Shown here one piece after another: positions 59,432 through 64,000 of a DNA stretch of 64,000 nt (position 1 is its first letter; the number at the start of each line of letters is the position of its first letter). The notes beneath the pieces were generated by a model, which was not told where the DNA came from, made no database searches, and worked only from the letters and a program-made list of their open reading frames with translations. The DNA is from Penicillus capitatus (lineage: Eukaryota; Plantae; Chlorophyta), in assembly GCA_965649825.1 (NCBI GenBank), contig OZ287703.1:62001-126000 (forward strand), given 5' to 3'. The translations under genes were made by a program, and so were the position numbers.

Positions 59432-60905
59432 TCAGCTCAGCACGGACCAGAGGAGAGATCCAAATGATCCGAGACAGAAAGCAAGCATCATGATGAAGGA
59501 GCTTATGTTTCCACTGATGAATTGCTCCGCCTTGCTATGCAATTTTGTCTGAGTCATCTTGAAACTGCACAGCAGAGTGTACCTGTTATCCAATCCGTCG
59601 ACAAATCGCATATGGCGGACGAGGTCTTACCCGTTTGACAATCCTACCAGTGCAGTCAGGGAGGAGATGACGAATGGATTGGAGAAATACATCATCGCAA
59701 AGAAGGTCGTGGGTATCAGCAGCAGTCTGCTGCAGACAAGGGCGGTACTGACCACGGGACTGTTCGGAATCCACTTCATCGGAGAGTATCGGCCAACATG
59801 GTTTGTTATGTTGAGCAAGAAGAGTAGCAAGATGCCGTACCAATCGCCCAGCGTCTCGCTCTGTACGAAGAACAGGGCGTGGCCGAATCAATAGACTTGG
59901 CAGCACACGAAATACCTCTGCGTCCGAAGCGACGCCAGGAAACATGACGGACAGTATGAACAGAGTGATGAAGGTGTTGGCCGACGCCAGTCTAGTCTTC
60001 TTCACCGTTCTCCACCATGGTCCCTCTACGTCGATCGATCCCGAGCGATCCGAAGAGATGTCCAACAGCAGAGGATCCCCTTCCTCTAGCATCGACAAAT
60101 CCGCTGTCCACACCGAGCTCGGCACGATGACCCATCTCTGAACGAGCAGACAACTCAGGCAGACTAGTGTCGCCGAGAAGAAATAGATCCTGGCACTCTG
60201 ACGCAGACCGTCAGACGAATCTGGGAAAGCTGCCTTCGTGGCGGCACGTAACGCAACGGTGAGAATTCCTGCAATTCCCCATCCACCCATGTATCCCTAT
60301 AGCCAAGGACACTCCAGCCACCCGTCACCGAGAAAACAGAGTCGCGCTTGGAAATGCCGGAAGGGTAGGTGTGCCATGAGTCCCGTAAAACTGCCTAGCG
60401 CAATTCCATTGAAGACCCCGAGCAGCGTGACGCAGAGCAGCAGAAGGAGAAAGGATGTCATTGTGCCTCCATCGTCGGCAATCACTGCGTAGTCCATCTA
60501 CAAGACATCCAGCATCGCCTCGTCGGGTGGGAGGCAGTAGTGTGCATACGACTGGAATGACGGACATGAACAGACTGAAGATGAAGAATCCCAGAGACAC
60601 TCGAAGATGCCCCACACCGCTTGGCGGAAAGAAACTGTTTCCTAGACTCCCCAGCAGGGTGAATGTCAAGTAACACGTCGCCGTCCATCGAGTGGCCTCG
60701 TAGTCCTGCGAATTGCGATTTGAGGCACCGAGGAACCGCGACTCGGCATTACGCTGAAGGCTTCTTTGAAGTAGTCGACTGCACAAGTTAACATGTTGAA
60801 CGGCATGAATACTCCGCAGCCCATAAAAAAGCAGCTCCAATAGAAGACGTCGAAACGCGGCGAGACGCTGTCGGCCAGCGAAGGCATCGATGGGTTAGTC
60901 GGCAT
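59432..60905 (-). CDS. ENT: Equilibrative nucleoside transporter, apparently full length, multi-exon
   Basis: FFMGCGVFMPFNMLTCAVDYF, GGWGIAGIL, SVMFPGV, NITNHVGR, LVGLSNG, many TM helices. Confidence 0.88.
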
Positions 60906-61454
60906 TCCACTCAGTATACCTTGTATCCGAGATGGCCCGTGTACGTTATTATCTATAATTTTTGAATTGACATTCTATGGCTTCATGTACTTAATAAAGA
61001 TCCGCTCCTCAGAGGCGTTCGAGTTTAGCGAGTGTCGTCTTCCCGATTGATCGTCGACGATCAAGCATCCAATGTGACTTCGGATCGGAATCAGACCTCC
61101 AACAGCAGGAAGATGATGCAGAAAGCAGTTCATGAAAGCGGTTAAATTTTTGACGTTTGCAGACAAGGGTGTCGTTGCGATTGACAACAATAAAAAATCG
61201 TCTTGTCGTGTGCAATCGAATCCCGTTTGACGATTGAATAATCAAAAACTTCCGATCCAAACGAATAAACAAATGTCTATACCGATTTGATCGACATCGA
61301 ACAGATCAAAGACGATCGATTGTTATCGCCGGATCGATATCGTACTCGTCGAAGTCAAGTAAGTGACACCAGGTAGTTCGAAATTCATCCCATGAAAGTC
61401 TCAGACTAAGCAAACCGGACAAACCAAAGAGCGATTAGATTGTTTTCGATTAAC

Positions 61455-61501
61455 ATCGATCGATCGATCGATCGATTCGATATCGATATCGATATCGATC
61501 G
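61455..61501. repeat. Palindromic microsatellite (GATC)n followed by (GATATC)n
   Basis: ATCGATCGATCGATCGATCGATTCGATATCGATATCGATATCGATC. Confidence 0.9.
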
Positions 61502-62834
61502 GCAGCAGTCGACAGGATCATCAAGTCAATTTAAAGGACAGCATTGATTAGCTCGAAGTGCGTGCCAAGAGGCTTTCTAGGTTTTTTTTGAATTTGCTTA
61601 GCGATCATTCGATCCGATTTGTCAACAGACGGCTTTCTGTAACGTTGATGATTCTATTGTTCGACAGACGCTGATCGCTCAGCCTAGGTTGGTGAATCGA
61701 TCGTCGATGTTTCTCATCATAAATTGATCGAATATCGGTGACTCATTATTCATTGAATCGCTACATCGAACGAAGTGGATACGAGCATTCGACGTTCGAC
61801 AGTCGGATGAATGGCATCGGTGGTTCTCTTTTCGATTGATATCACGAATATAAACTAGTTCATTAACACCCGATTCTTGCGCATGCCTGTTGCTTAGACA
61901 ATCATATAGGCTAAAGCCTGAACTTGCTTTCTGCAATTGCCTTCCCGAAAAAACGTTGATCGATTCAGTTAACAGTGCACAAAGCGCCAGAATTCGATTC
62001 GAAGACGCGTGCAGTTTCGCACCGGATGATCGTGCGAACGATCAAAGTCGACTGGATCGAGTGTGGGATATCGAAATGATCGATGCATTGCGATCTTTGG
62101 TAACAGAATAATTCCAAGTGTCAATCGTTATCGATATGAAGTGTGACGATATGTGTCACGTACATTTGCGAGATCGATGCTTTCATGTACGACTTGTTCA
62201 ACAATGATCGATGGAAGCAGAGTCGTAGAATTCTCTCTTCGGTGAATCGCCTTCATTGGGCATCGGACTTCCTCCGATCGAATCAGACGAATTGCACAAG
62301 AATCGTCGAAGGCGTCTCGAATTGGGTAGAGTTGGAGGACTGAAGATAGATCGCTTCGATTTCGATGTACAGCGATCGATCGATCTAAGGTTCGAAGAAA
62401 GCTCTCTCTCGTCGTCTTGCTGTCGAAAACGACTTCACTTCTTTCCTTTCCATGCCTACTACTCACATGCGACTCGATAACGATTGTGCGGAGTTTCTAA
62501 TGTCCTTTGGAACTCGGCAATTGTGGTGCTACGGACGGAGATTTCGTCTCGACGAGAGACATCGTACAAAACAGCTCGATTGTGCCTGTCGTATTCTGTA
62601 TCGTCTGCCCGAATAGTCTTCAGACAAGTGAAAGCAAAGAAATTTTCTAATGTGTTAACGATACAACCGAGATCCGAATCGACGCGGACGTAACGGGTCA
62701 CTGGTTTTCGATCGTCCTTTCGGTAGTATTCGTAATGCCCGACGATATCAAATCACTCGAACACATGTTCAGATTTTGCATTCGTTACCCTCTGGAGAAA
62801 ACGCCAAGATGCCCCATACGAGCCAGATCATCGA

Positions 62835-63900
62835 TCACAGAAACAAACGTCTTCTATCAGAACTGGTCCAAGAGCCGGGGTTGAAACGTTTCCTCCGCCA
62901 GCCATGACAAAGGCACCCAAATCCACATCCGTCTGACATCTCGCGTCGAACAGGAACGCGAAAGTCTCGACTTGGAGAAGTCGGCGATGACGAGACAGAG
63001 ATAGATCCATCCACGCGGACAACCATTCCAATCTTCCCAGAGAGAGAGATAGACCGGCTGCAGATGCGCGACGAGAAACACCTCGACGTCACACTCTGGT
63101 TCTCTGAAGCTCCTCGCAGTCCTCGAGTTTACCAAATGTCGTCAGCTTCGCGCCCTTCGTTGGATGGACAGCAACATTCTCCCAGACATATATCTGGTTA
63201 GCTGGCTGGTGGCGGAAGAGAGAGACATTGTCTCTCTCCACTGCGAGAGAAGCGGGCTCTGAAGAGTTCGATACGAAGCCTCGTCGGTTCGAATGTGGCG
63301 CATTCAGCATGAGTCATCGTCGAGGCAGATGTCAAGGGACTTCCGTCCGATGCATCCTCGACGCGAGGAGTCGAGGCCGTGTCATACCAGACAGAGGCAC
63401 CGGCTTCGGTGCTGATGCCGTCCGTCGGGGAACTGCAGTAAACAAAGCAACAGCACGGGCGAAGAGCTGAGACCCGCAGTCTGGGTTTTGTTCTGCACCG
63501 CATTCGAGGACCGAAGGGGAAGTCGCCGCATGGACATCCTTCCGCAGATGACAGCCAGACGCGACAGCACCAGTGCTGTCCGTCGTCGACCGGCGTCGCA
63601 GCACAGCAAACGCGTAGCTCTGCTGCGAACGGCGTCTGCTCACTGCACAGCCGCGGTAGGACACCGATGGATGCATCATGGCCTCCGGACCGGGGGACGA
63701 AGCGGGAGACGAGGAGACGGCGTTGCGCGGCCAGTCCACCGGCGCTCGGTCGTCGGCGCGGACGTCGATAGCGTGGATTTCTCTCTTCGCATGTCCCACC
63801 GCCGCACCGGACCAGTCGCAGCGGGAGTTGAACGGCCGTCCACAACGAACCGCCCAGGCGGAAACGTCCGTCTGTCTGCGGAGGGTCGCCCTCGTCCCTC
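62835..63900 (-). CDS. Possible 3' exons of an unidentified gene running off the window end
   Basis: GC-rich open frames with candidate GT-AG junctions; no recognisable domain. Confidence 0.25.
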
Positions 63901-64000
63901 ATCAGAAGTTCAGCAGAGAGGGGGGCCCGACCGTCAAGGCGGCGCGATTCGGAGCCCAGAGTCCGATGGTCTAGACTCTGCGAAGGGGCGCTCTCTCGAG

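Noticed and set aside
1-64000. Non-canonical code (TAA/TAG = Gln) as in several ulvophyte orders
   Set aside because: SmF and other conserved genes end on TAA at the expected position, and long ORFs such as pol and PPR contain no in-frame TAR.

Overview
Eukaryotic nuclear DNA with very short spliceosomal introns (mostly 42-61 nt) and the standard genetic code (conserved genes end on TAA/TGA; long ORFs have no in-frame TAR). NPSN, TASH3, plastid HemE, PPR and SAS6-like genes point to a chlorophyte green alga; a ulvophyte (Bryopsidales-like) origin is only an inference. Two fast-evolving islands (1-24.3 kb and 40.3-51.7 kb) flank a very compact housekeeping block (25.2-40.1 kb: NPSN, TASH3, SmF, a plastid coiled-coil protein, TOL, HemE, EDR2-C, SAS6L, an ABM-like protein). 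The islands hold the 3' part of a Ty3/Gypsy element, seven F-box/LRR paralogs (one interrupted, one pseudogene), a PLAC8 gene and three ankyrin genes that the ORF track misses. Main finding: once spliced by hand, each ankyrin gene encodes a signal peptide, three N-terminal micro-exons, 7-11 phase-0 exons of one ankyrin repeat each (variable at the binding-surface positions) and a constant 138-nt Cys-pair cap. This looks like a natural secreted DARPin-like, exon-cassette receptor family. Other highlights: an A_AAA_AAC slippery site plus H-type pseudoknot placing a -1 frameshift after the retroelement protease, and a ~100-bp pre-miRNA-like hairpin at 43.8-44.0 kb. All calls come from manual reading and remembered family motifs; no searches were run.
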